From assembly GCA_027493935.1 (NCBI GenBank), contig JAOSJV010000011.1:130811-194810 (forward strand): DNA of 64,000 bases. Direction: 5' to 3'. The notes below the pieces were generated by a model that did no database searches, was not told where the DNA came from, and saw only the letters and a list, made by a program, of their open reading frames with translations. The DNA comes from Burkholderiales bacterium (GTDB lineage: Bacteria > Pseudomonadota > Gammaproteobacteria > Burkholderiales > SG8-39). Shown here piece by piece: positions 45,420 through 54,224 of the stretch. Numbering within the stretch: position 1 is the stretch's first letter; each line of letters begins with the position of its first letter. The translations under genes and the position numbers were made by a program.

Positions 45420-46383
45420 GTGAAGCTCGCCTTCATCCTCGACCCGCTGCCGTCGATCAAGACGTACAAGGACTCGACCTACGCGATGATGGTCGAGGCC
45501 GCGCGCCGCGGTCACGAGCTCTTCTTCATGCTGCAGGAGAGCCTGATGTGGAAGGGCGGCGCGATCGTCGGCGAGAACGCGCGTCTCGCACTGACCGGCG
45601 ACCCGGACCGCTGGTACCACATCGACCTGCCGCGCGAGACGCCGCTCGCCGCATTCGACGCGGTGCTGATGCGCAAGGACCCGCCGTTCGACGCCGAGTA
45701 CGTGGCGAGCACCTGGCTGCTCGAGCAGGCGGTGCGCGAGGGCGCGCGGGTGTTCAACGACCCGCGCGCGATCCGCGACCATAGCGAGAAGCTCGCGGTC
45801 GCGGAGTTCCCGCAGTACTGCGTGCCGACGCTGGTGACGCGGCTGCCCGGCCAGGTCCACGCCTTCATCGAGGCGCAGGGCGACGTCGTCGTGAAGCCGC
45901 TCGACGGCATGGGCGGGGGAGGGCGTTTTCCGCGTGACCGATTCGGACGCGAACCGCTACGTGATCGTCGAGACGGTCACGGCGCACGGGCGGCGCACGG
46001 TCATGGCGCAGCGCTTCATCCCCGAGATCCGCGAGGGCGACAAGCGCATCCTGCTGATCGGCGGCGAGCCGGTGCCGCATAGCCTGGCGCGCATCCCCAA
46101 GCCGGGCGAGACGCGGGGCAACCTCGCGGTCGGCGGCAAGGGCGTGGCGCGTCCGCTCTCCGAACGCGACCGCGAGATCGCGCTGGCGCTCGGCAGGGCG
46201 CTCGCCCCGCGCGGGCTGATTCTCGTCGGCCTCGACGTCATCGGCGACTACCTCACCGAGATCAACGTCACGAGCCCGACCTGCTTCCGCGAGATCACCG
46301 ACCAGACCGGCTTCGACGTCGCCGCGATGTTCGTCGATGCGCTCGAGGCGGCCTGCCGGTCGCCTTCGACGCCGCGCGCTTGA
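45420..46383 (+). CDS. gshB: glutathione synthetase, frameshifted in this sequence
   Basis: GTG at 45420. '[10 protein letters not shown]...MRKDPPFD...[10 protein letters not shown]' is in ORF 45420..46082. '[12 protein letters not shown]...[11 protein letters not shown]...GNLAVGG...TEINVTSPT' is in ORF 45934..46383. There is one extra G in G5 run 45915-45919. Confidence 0.95.
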
Positions 46384-46461
46384 AGCCGGTGCTCGGTGCC
46401 CTTCCCAGGGCGTCCGAAAGGGGCTATTTTTGAAGCTGTTTTCACGTGCGGGAGCCTCCCG

Positions 46462-46869
46462 ATGGTCGGCATCCTGATCGTCGCGCACGGCGCCTTCGGC
46501 GAAGCGCTGATCCACTGCGCGAGCCACGTGCTCGGCAAGCGCCCGCTCGCCGTGGCGCAACTCGGCGTCACCGTCCACGACGACCCCGATGCCGTCCTGC
46601 CGCAAGCCGAGGCGCTGCTGCGCAACCTCGACCGCGGCTACGGCGTGCTGGTGCTGACCGACATGAAGGGCGCAACGCCGTCGAACATCGCGACGCGCCT
46701 GCTGCGGCCCGGCCGCGTCGAGGGCGTCGCCGGCGTGAGCCTGCCGATGCTGATCCGCGCCCTCACCTACCGCGGCGAGCCGCTCGTCACCGTGGTGGAG
46801 AAGGCGATGAGCGGCGGGCAGGAGGGCGTCGCGCGCCTCGAGCGGGGGCGGTTGGATGCCGCAGCGTGA
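46462..46869 (+). CDS. PTS EIIA component, mannose/fructose family
   Basis: ATG at 46462 (MVGILIVAHGAFGEAL) carries the phosphorylatable His. 'VLVLTDMKGATPSN'. ~135 aa. Confidence 0.85.
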   Translation: MVGILIVAHGAFGEALIHCASHVLGKRPLAVAQLGVTVHDDPDAVLPQAEALLRNLDRGYGVLVLTDMKGATPSNIATRLLRPGRVEGVAGVSLPMLIRALTYRGEPLVTVVEKAMSGGQEGVARLERGRLDAAA

Positions 46870-47125
46870 GGTCGAGATCGTGAACAAGCTCGGCCTGCAC
46901 GCGCGCGCCTCGGCCAAGCTCACGCAGACGGCGAGCCGCTTCGAGTCCGAGGTGTGGCTGACGCGCAACGGCCGGCGCGTCAACGCGAAGAGCATCATGG
47001 GCGTGATGATGCTCGCCGCCGGCAAGGGCAGCCGCATCGGGATCGAGGCCGAGGGCGATGACGCCGACGCGGCGCTCGACGCGCTCGCTGGCCTGATCGC
47101 GGACAAGTTCGGCGAAGGCGAATAG
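46856..47125 (+). CDS. ptsH: phosphocarrier protein HPr
   Basis: 89 aa. 'NKLGLHARASAKL' (His15 region) and 'NAKSIMGVMML' (Ser46 region). Overlaps the EIIA gene by 14 nt. Confidence 0.9.
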   Translation: MPQREVEIVNKLGLHARASAKLTQTASRFESEVWLTRNGRRVNAKSIMGVMMLAAGKGSRIGIEAEGDDADAALDALAGLIADKFGEGE

Positions 47126-47134
47126 CGCGCGACC

Positions 47135-48911
47135 ATGGACCAGGCCCCGCTCGACGTCATCCGCACGGACCCGCAGGCCGCGCGCCATGCGAGTTTCACG
47201 CTGCACGGCGCCGGCGTGTCCGGCGGTATCGCGATCGGCTACGCGCATCTCGTCTCGACCGCGCGGCTGGAGGTGCCGCAGTACGAGATCGCGCCCGCGG
47301 AGATCGACCAGGAGATCGAGCGCTTCGACAGCGCGGTGGCGCAGGTGCGCGGCGAGCTGGTCGGCCTGCGCGCGAGCGTGCCGGCCTCGGCGCCGGCGGA
47401 GATGGGCGCCTTCCTCGACCTGCACCGGATGATCCTGGACGACGCGATGCTGTCGGAGACCCCGCGCGAGCTGATCCGCGCGCGCCGCTGCAACGCCGAG
47501 CTCGCCCTGGTGCAGCAGATGGAGATGCTCGTCGCGCGCTTCGACGAGATCGAAGACACGTACCTGCGCGAGCGCAAGGCCGACGTGCGGCAGGTCGTCG
47601 AGCGGGTGCTGAAGGCGATGCTCGGCACCGGGCACGCGCCGTCCGCGCCGGCGCACGAGGAGAACGTCGTCGTCGTGGCGCACGACTTCTCGCCGGCCGA
47701 CATGATCCTCTTCAAGCAGCATCAGTTCGCCGGCTTCGTGACCGACCTCGGCGGGGTGACCTCGCACACCGCGATCGTCGCGCGCAGCCTCGGGCTGCCG
47801 GCGATCGTCGGCCTGCACCACGCGCGGCAAATGGTGCGCGAGAACGAGCTCCTGATCGTCGACGGCGGCGAGGGTGTGCTGATCGTCAACCCGGACGAGC
47901 GCGTGCTCGCCGAGTACCGCCTCAGACAGTCGGCGCTGCAGATCGAGCGCCAGAAGCTGAAGCGGCTCTCCTCCACGCCGGCCTCGACGCTCGACGGCAC
48001 CCCGATCGAGCTGCAGGCCAACATCGAGCTGCCCGACGATGTCGAGCCGGCGCTCGAGTCGGGCGCGAGCGGCGTGGGGGCTCTTCCGCACCGAGTTCCT
48101 GTTCCTGAACCGCGACGACCTGCCGAGCGAGGACGAGCAGTTCGAGGCCTACCGCGCCGCGGTCGAGGCGATGCGCGACCAGCCGGTGACGATCCGCACC
48201 CTCGACCTCGGCGCCGACAAGACGGTGAACGGCGCCGACCGCGGCGGGCCGAACCCGGCGCTCGGACTACGCGCGATCCGCTTCTGCTTCGCCGAACCGC
48301 AGATGTTCCTCACGCAGCTGCGCGCGATCCTGCGCGCATCGGCCTACGGCCGCGTGCGCCTGCTGGTGCCGATGCTCGCGCACTCGCACGAGATCGATCT
48401 CGTGTTCCAGTACCTGCAGCAGGCGCGCGACACGCTCGAGGCGATGAACGTGCCCTACGAGCGCGCGCTCGAGGTCGGCGGCATGGTCGAGGTGCCAGCC
48501 GCCGCGCTCGCGGTGCCGCTGTTCGTCAGGCGGCTCGACTTCCTCTCGATCGGCACCAACGATCTGATCCAGTACACGCTCGCGATCGACCGGACCGACG
48601 ACATGGTCGCGCACCTGTACGACCCGCTGCACCCTGCGGTCCTGCAGCTCGTGGCCGGCACGATCAGGAGCGCGGTCAAGGCGGGCAAGCCGGTCGCGGT
48701 GTGCGGCGAGATGGCGGGCGAGGTCGCTTATACGCGCCTGCTCCTCGGCTTCGGCCTGCGCCAGTTCTCGATGCATCCGATGCAGCTCCTCGCCGTGAAG
48801 CAGCAGGTGCTGCGCTCCAATCTCGCCGACGCCGAGGCCCTCGCCAGCCGGATCCTGCGCGCGGACGATCCCGAGAAGATCCGCCAACTCCTTGGTAGAC
48901 TTAACCGATGA
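47135..48911 (+). CDS. ptsI: phosphoenolpyruvate-protein phosphotransferase (Enzyme I), frameshifted in this sequence
   Basis: 'GGVTSHTAIVARSLGLPAIVG' (active-site His) is in ORF 47135..48898 up to 'ESGASGVG'. 'LFRTEFLFLNR...IRTLDLGADK...LSIGTNDLIQYTLAIDR...VCGEMAG' is in ORF 48039..48911. There is one extra G in G5 run 48076-48080. Confidence 0.95.
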
Positions 48912-49354
48912 TGCCCGCCAACGCCCTGCGCGAAATCTCCGGTGTCCGCCAGGACGAGCCCTCCAGCAGCCGGCGCTGGTTCCACAGCGACTACTTCGAT
49001 CTGTTCGTCTGGCAGGCGCCCGACGGCGAGGTGCAGTCGTTCCAGCTCTGCTACGGCATCGACACGAGCGAGAAGGCGCTGGTGTGGAGGAAGGATATCG
49101 GCTTCTTCCACGACGGCATGGACCCCGGCGACCCGAAGCCGGGCCGCGCCCCGTCGGCGATCCTCGAGCCCGATGGGCCGTTTCCCGCCACCGCGGTGGC
49201 GGCACGCTTCGCGCGCGAAGCCGAGGGCGTGCCGAACGACATCCGCAACCTGGTGATCGTGCGCATCCGCGAGTTCGGGCGCCTGCATCCCTACCCGCGC
49301 TCCCGGCGGCGGCGCTTCCGCCGCGCCGACTGGCAGCAACGCAAGCCCAACTGA
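48908..49354 (+). CDS. hypothetical protein, translationally coupled to ptsI
   Basis: 148-aa ORF whose ATG overlaps the ptsI stop (ATGA). Balanced composition ('WFHSDYFDLFVWQAPDGEVQSFQLCYG'). No family recognised. Confidence 0.5.
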   Translation: MMPANALREISGVRQDEPSSSRRWFHSDYFDLFVWQAPDGEVQSFQLCYGIDTSEKALVWRKDIGFFHDGMDPGDPKPGRAPSAILEPDGPFPATAVAARFAREAEGVPNDIRNLVIVRIREFGRLHPYPRSRRRRFRRADWQQRKPN

Positions 49355-49482
49355 CCCCATCCTCTCCTTTTCAAGGAGGGGTACCGCGCGTACGCGCGGC
49401 GGGGTGGTTGCGGCCTTCGCATCGTTGCATGCGCCACCACCCCCGGGCTCCTTGGGAGCCACCCCTCGGAGAGGAGGGGAAT
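49355..49482. repeat. REP/BIME-like palindromic units, family B
   Basis: 'cctctccttttcaaggagggg' + 'taccgcgcgtacgcgcgg' + '...gttgcatgcgccaccacccccgggctccttgggagccacccctcggagaggagggg'. The 3' part is homologous to 19150-19211. Confidence 0.6.
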
Positions 49483-49514
49483 GCGCCTCCCGCCGTTCGC
49501 GGCTAGAATCCCCG

Positions 49515-49595
49515 CACGCGCCGATTTGACCGTCAGCTTGCGGGCGCAATCCGGGCGGACGTCCCGCCGGAGAAAAATACGGCTAAAGCGAGGGC
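49515..49595 (+). ncRNA. candidate SAM-responsive leader (SAM-II-like riboswitch) of metX; unverified
   Basis: Located in the 5' leader of metX. Helix gcgcc(49518-22)/ggcgc(49543-47) encloses 'gauuug..cagcuugcg'. A downstream hairpin ggcgg/ccgcc follows, then an A-rich 'agaaaaauacggcuaaagcg' whose AAGC can pair with the loop GCUU (pseudoknot). The GAUUU, GCUUGC..GCAA and GCUAAAG elements are reminiscent of SAM-II, recalled from memory only. Confidence 0.35.
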
Positions 49596-49636
49596 AACCC
49601 GTTTGAGCTCGGCAAGCCGGACGGGTTTTTTGTTTT
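49596..49636 (+). terminator. intrinsic terminator/attenuator immediately upstream of the metX start
   Basis: Stem aacccgt (49596-49602) / acgggtt (49621-49627) is followed by tttttttgtttt. It ends about 10 nt before the metX ATG, so it must act as a conditional leader terminator. Confidence 0.65.
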
Positions 49637-49646
49637 CGTGAACCGC

Positions 49647-50886
49647 ATGACGCATGCTCCGCACGGACGCTCGGTCGGCGCGGTGGTGCCGCGCCGGTTG
49701 CACATCGTCGCGCCGCTCCGGTTCCGGAGCGGCGCGACGCTGGGCGCGTACGATCTCGTCTACGAGACCTACGGGACGCTGAACGCCGCGCGCACGAACG
49801 CGGTGCTGGTGTGCCACGCGCTGAACGCCTCGCACCACGTCGCCGGTTACTACGCGCACGACCCCAAGAACGTCGGCTGGTGGGACAACATGATCGGCCC
49901 GGGCAAGCCGGTCGACACCGACCGCTTCTTCGTGATCGGCGTGAACAACCTCGGCAGCTGCTTCGGCTCCACCGGGCCCGCCTCGACCGAGCCGGCGACC
50001 GGCAAGCCGTACGGCTCGCGTTTTCCGGTCGTCACCGTCGAGGACTGGGTCGCGAGCCAGGCAGTGCTCGCCGACCGGCTCGGCATCGAGCGCTTCGCCG
50101 CGGTGATGGGCGGCAGCCTCGGCGGCATGCAGGCGGTGTCGTGGACGACGGCGTTCCCCGAGCGCATCGCGAATGCCGTCGTGGTGGCCGCGACGCCCAA
50201 GCTCACCGCGCAGAACATCGCGTTCAACGAGGTGGCGCGACGGGCGATCGTCACCGACCCTGATTTCCACGGCGGCGACTACTATCAGCACGGCGTGAAG
50301 CCGAAGCGGGGCCTGCGTCTCGCGCGCATGATCGGCCACATAACCTACCTCTCGGGCGACGCGATGATGGAGAAGTTCGGCCGCGCACTGCGCTCCGAGA
50401 GCTACGGCTACCACTTCGAGGTCGACTTCGAGGTCGAGTCTTACCTGCGCTACCAGAGCGACAAGTTCGCCGAGTACTTCGACGCGAACACCTACCTGCT
50501 CATCACGCGCGCGCTAGACTATTACGACCCGGCGCGCGACTTCGACCACGATCTGTCGGCGGCGCTCGCCGCGGCACGCGCGCGGTTCCTGGTCGCGTCG
50601 TTCACCTCCGACTGGCGCTTCTCGCCCGAGCACTCGCGCGCGATCGTCAAGGCGCTGCTCGACAACCGGCGCGACGTCTCCTATGCCGAGATCGACGCGC
50701 CGCACGGGCACGACGCGTTCCTGCTCGAGGATCCCCGCTACCATGCGCTGGTGCGCGCGTACTTCGACAACGTCGCGCGCGAGCTCGGCACGGACGGTTC
50801 CCCGCCGGCGCCGACCGAGCTCCCCCGGCGAGCCGCTGGTCGAGGCCGGCCGCGCGGAAGGCGCGAGCGAGGGGTTCGCCGCGTGA
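49647..50886 (+). CDS. metX: homoserine O-acetyltransferase MetX (C-terminal tail frame uncertain)
   Basis: '[15 protein letters not shown]', nucleophile elbow '[11 protein letters not shown]', '[10 protein letters not shown]' and 'HGHDAFLLE'. The tail stops at TGA 50884-50886 only in the +1 frame. As written, the frame runs on into metW. Confidence 0.9.
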
Positions 50887-51493
50887 GCCCGCAAAGCCTC
50901 GCCCGCCTGGCCGGCCGCCCCGACCTCAGGGCGATCGCCGCGTGGGTGCGCAGGGACGCGAGCGTGCTCGACCTCGGCTGCGGCGACGGCCTGCTCCTGA
51001 AGCACCTCGCGCAGACGCGCGGCGCGCGCGGCTACGGCCTCGAGATCGCCGACGAGAAGGTGATCGCCTGCGTCGCCAGCGGCGTGAACGTCATCCAGGC
51101 CGACATCGAGCGCGGACTGTCGGACTTCGACGACCGCTCGTTCGACTACGTGATCCTCTCGCTCACGCTGCAGGCGGTGCGCCGCACCGAGCCGATCGTG
51201 ATGGAGATGCTGCGCGTCGGGCGCGAGGCGATCGTGACGTTCCCGAACTTCGGCCACTGGGGGCGCGCTGGCAGGTGCTCGCCGGCCGGATGCCGGTGTC
51301 GAGGACGCTGCCGTTCCAGTGGTACGACACGCCGAACGTGCATCTCTGCACGATCCGCGATTTCGAGAGCTTCTGCGCCGCGCACGCCATCCGCATCCTC
51401 GAGCGCCTCGTGCTGCACGACGGCGGCGAGGTCCGGCTCTTGCCCAACCTGCGCGGCAGCGTCGCGGTCTACCGCATCCAGGGCGGCGGCTGA
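50883..51493 (+). CDS. metW: methionine biosynthesis protein MetW, frameshifted in this sequence
   Basis: GTG at 50883 (GTGA overlap with the +1-frame metX stop). '[12 protein letters not shown]' SAM-fold motif and '[11 protein letters not shown]', then '[34 protein letters not shown]' in ORF 50942..51493. The break is at G5 run 51259-51263. Confidence 0.9.
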
Positions 51494-51499
51494 CCGGCG

Positions 51500-53020
51500 A
51501 TGGCCTCCGCAGACGCGAGCGCCCCGCCGAAGCTCCTCCGCTCCAAGCTCTTCTGGGTCGCGCTGCTCTACTTCTCCGAGGGCTTTCCGCTCGGCGTCTT
51601 CTACGAGCTCTTCCCGGTCTACTTCCGCCAGCAGGGCGTCGAGCTGAAGGACATCGGGCTCATCAGCCTGCTCGGCCTCGCGTGGACGGTGAAGTTCCTG
51701 TGGGCGCCGGCGATCGACCACTACCGCCGGCACCGGGTGTGGATGGCCACCGTGGACGTCGCGATGGCGCTCGTGCTGATCGCGTTCGCGGCGTCCAAGG
51801 GCTTCGGGCCGTGGGTGTGGGCGGCGATCGGCGCGTTCACCCTGCTCTCGGCGACGAACGACATCGCGATCGACGGCTACACCATCGAGCTGCTCGACCG
51901 GAACGAGCTCGGGCTCGCGAACGGCATCCGCATCGGCTTCTACCGCGTGGGCATGCTCGCCTCGGGCCTGGTGCTGATCCTGTCCGACTGGCTCACCTGG
52001 TCCGGCGCGTTCGCCGGCGGCGCCGCGATCCTCGCGGCGTGCGCGGCGGCGGTACTCGCGGCGCCGCGCGAGCGCGTCGTCGTGCGCGACGAGCAGCTCG
52101 GCCTGCGCGCGGAGTTCGCGCGCGTGCTCGCCGACCCGCGCGGCGCCGTGCCGGTCGCGGCGCTCGCGCTCGGCACGCTCTGGCTCGTCGACAACGCGCT
52201 CGGCCTGTCGGCCGCCCGCCCGGCGCTCTGGCCGGTCGCCTGGGCGGCCGCGGCCGCGGGAATCGCGGTCTCGGCCGCGCTGCACGCCGCGCGCACCCGG
52301 CGCCGCACCGCCGCCGGCACCCCGCCCGCGACCGCGCGCGGACCGATGTTCGGCGCGCTGCTCGAGCTGCTCGGGCGGCCCCACATCGTGCCGGTGCTCC
52401 TCTTCGTGCTCATCTTCAAGCTCGGCGACGCCTCGATGGGTTTCATGGTGAAGCCGTTCTGGGTCGACGCGCAGTTCAGCGCCACCGAGATCGGCCTCGT
52501 GTCGGTGAACATCGGCCTCGGGCTCTCGATCGCGGGCGGCCTCGCCGGCGGCTGGTACACCGACCGCGCCGGCATCTTCCGCGCGCTCTGGGTGCTCGGC
52601 CTGTTCCAGGCGATCTCGAACCTCGGCTACGCGATCGCCGCCTCGGTGATCCCGTATGGCGCCCCGGGCGAGCTCGAGCTCTGGCACCGCGCGGTGATGT
52701 ACTCGGCGAGCGCGGCCGAATCGTTCACCGGCGGGTTGGGCACCGCCGCCTTTCTCGCGTTCCTCATGGCGATCGTGGACAAGCGCCACTCCGCGACCGA
52801 GTACGCGCTGCTCTCCTCGGTGTTCGCGCTCTCGCGCTCGCTCGCCGGCTGGGCGAGCGGCTACGGCGCACAGGAGCTCGGCTATGCGCAATACTTTCTG
52901 CTCACCTTCTTTCTCTCCTTCCCGGCGTACGCGGCTCTGCCGTGGGTGCGCCGCATGCTCGACTTCGTCGAGGCGCGCAACCGTAGTGTCGCGGAGGAGC
53001 AGAGTCCGGCGCGAGCGTAG
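51500..53020 (+). CDS. ampG: AmpG-family muropeptide/MFS permease
   Basis: 506 aa. '[12 protein letters not shown]', '[12 protein letters not shown]', '[10 protein letters not shown]' and 'FKLGDA' match the AmpG pattern. A long central loop is present. Confidence 0.85.
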   Translation: MASADASAPPKLLRSKLFWVALLYFSEGFPLGVFYELFPVYFRQQGVELKDIGLISLLGLAWTVKFLWAPAIDHYRRHRVWMATVDVAMALVLIAFAASKGFGPWVWAAIGAFTLLSATNDIAIDGYTIELLDRNELGLANGIRIGFYRVGMLASGLVLILSDWLTWSGAFAGGAAILAACAAAVLAAPRERVVVRDEQLGLRAEFARVLADPRGAVPVAALALGTLWLVDNALGLSAARPALWPVAWAAAAAGIAVSAALHAARTRRRTAAGTPPATARGPMFGALLELLGRPHIVPVLLFVLIFKLGDASMGFMVKPFWVDAQFSATEIGLVSVNIGLGLSIAGGLAGGWYTDRAGIFRALWVLGLFQAISNLGYAIAASVIPYGAPGELELWHRAVMYSASAAESFTGGLGTAAFLAFLMAIVDKRHSATEYALLSSVFALSRSLAGWASGYGAQELGYAQYFLLTFFLSFPAYAALPWVRRMLDFVEARNRSVAEEQSPARA

Positions 53021-53085
53021 CCTCGCGCGGCGATCGTGTGTTACCGTTTCGACGCAGAGTTCCTCGACGACAGGATGATGCCGCC

Positions 53086-54216
53086 ATGAGTGACCCGAAA
53101 CGGATGCTCCTCTGGATGGTCGCCTTCCTCGCGCTCGTGGCGCTCGCCTGCGGCGCGCTCTACGCGCCGCTCGGCTCGGCCTTCGCCGCGAACCGGGTGT
53201 TCAACGGGCTGATCCTGGCGGTGCTCGCGATCGGGATCGTGATCAACTCCGTGCAGGTGCTGACGCTCGGGCCCGCATCCGAATGGCTGCGCGACACCGA
53301 ACGCAACATCGCGCCGCGCGGCATTCCGCACCTGCTCGCGCCGATGGCGCGCATGTTCGCGACCCGCGAGCAGGAGAACTTCCGCCTGTCCGCGATGGCG
53401 ACGCGCTCGCTGCTCGACGGCATCCGCCTGCGGCTCGACGAGTCGCGCGACATCGCGCGCTACATGATCGGGCTGCTGGTGTTCCTGGGCCTGCTCGGCA
53501 CCTTCTGGGGCCTGCTCGACACGATCGCGGGCGTCGGGCGCGTGATCGGCGACCTCGCGCCTGCGGGCGGGGACGCCGGCGCCGCGTTCGAAGCGTTGAA
53601 GCGCAACCTGCAGGGCCCGCTCGCCGGCATGGGTACCGCGTTCAGCTCCTCGCTGTTCGGGCTCGGCGGCGCGCTCGTGCTCGGCGTGCTCGACCTGCAG
53701 GCCGGGCACGCGCAGAACCGCTTCTACAACCACCTCGAGGACTGGCTCTCGGGCATGACCCACCTGCCGAGCGGCCGGCTGACGCTCGAGGGCGACCGCG
53801 CGCTACCGACCTACATCGAGGCGCTGCTCGAGCAGACCGCGGAGAACCTGAACCAGCTTCAGCGCACGCTGGCGCGCAGTGAGGAGGACCGCCGCGCGAC
53901 GCAGGCGAACCTCGCCAACCTCGGCGAGCAGCTCGCCGCGCTCACCGACCAGCTGCGCTCGGAGCAGAAGTTGATCCTGAGCCTCGCCAAGAGCCAGACC
54001 GACCTGCAGCCGACGGTGGCCGAGCTCGCCGCGCAGGTGACAGGCGCGGTGACCGGATACGAGCAGATGCGCGACTACCTGCGCAGCACCGACCTCTCGC
54101 TCAAGCGCCTGGTCGAGGAAGTCGCGGCGGCACGCGGCGAGGTGCCGCAGCAGCTGCGCGAGGAGGTGCGCCTCCTCGCGCAGAGCCTCGGCCGCCGGCC
54201 GTCCGGGGACGCCTGA
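53086..54216 (+). CDS. MotA/TolQ/ExbB-family proton-channel protein with C-terminal coiled-coil tail
   Basis: ATG at 53086. Two N-terminal TM segments, then a channel core ('YMIGLLVFLGLLGTFWGLLDTI' ... 'GMGTAFSSSLFGLGGALVLGVL'), then ~150 aa of heptad-like 'LNQLQRTLARSEEDRRATQANLANLGEQLAALTDQLRSEQKL'. Confidence 0.75.
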   Translation: MSDPKRMLLWMVAFLALVALACGALYAPLGSAFAANRVFNGLILAVLAIGIVINSVQVLTLGPASEWLRDTERNIAPRGIPHLLAPMARMFATREQENFRLSAMATRSLLDGIRLRLDESRDIARYMIGLLVFLGLLGTFWGLLDTIAGVGRVIGDLAPAGGDAGAAFEALKRNLQGPLAGMGTAFSSSLFGLGGALVLGVLDLQAGHAQNRFYNHLEDWLSGMTHLPSGRLTLEGDRALPTYIEALLEQTAENLNQLQRTLARSEEDRRATQANLANLGEQLAALTDQLRSEQKLILSLAKSQTDLQPTVAELAAQVTGAVTGYEQMRDYLRSTDLSLKRLVEEVAAARGEVPQQLREEVRLLAQSLGRRPSGDA

Positions 54217-54224
54217 GCGCCGCG

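Noticed and set aside
46384-46461. Intrinsic terminator after gshB
   Set aside because: The hairpin gccctt.../...aaggggc followed by 'tattttt' is imperfect (bulged, only about 4 clean GC pairs). I could not support it well enough to list it as a feature.
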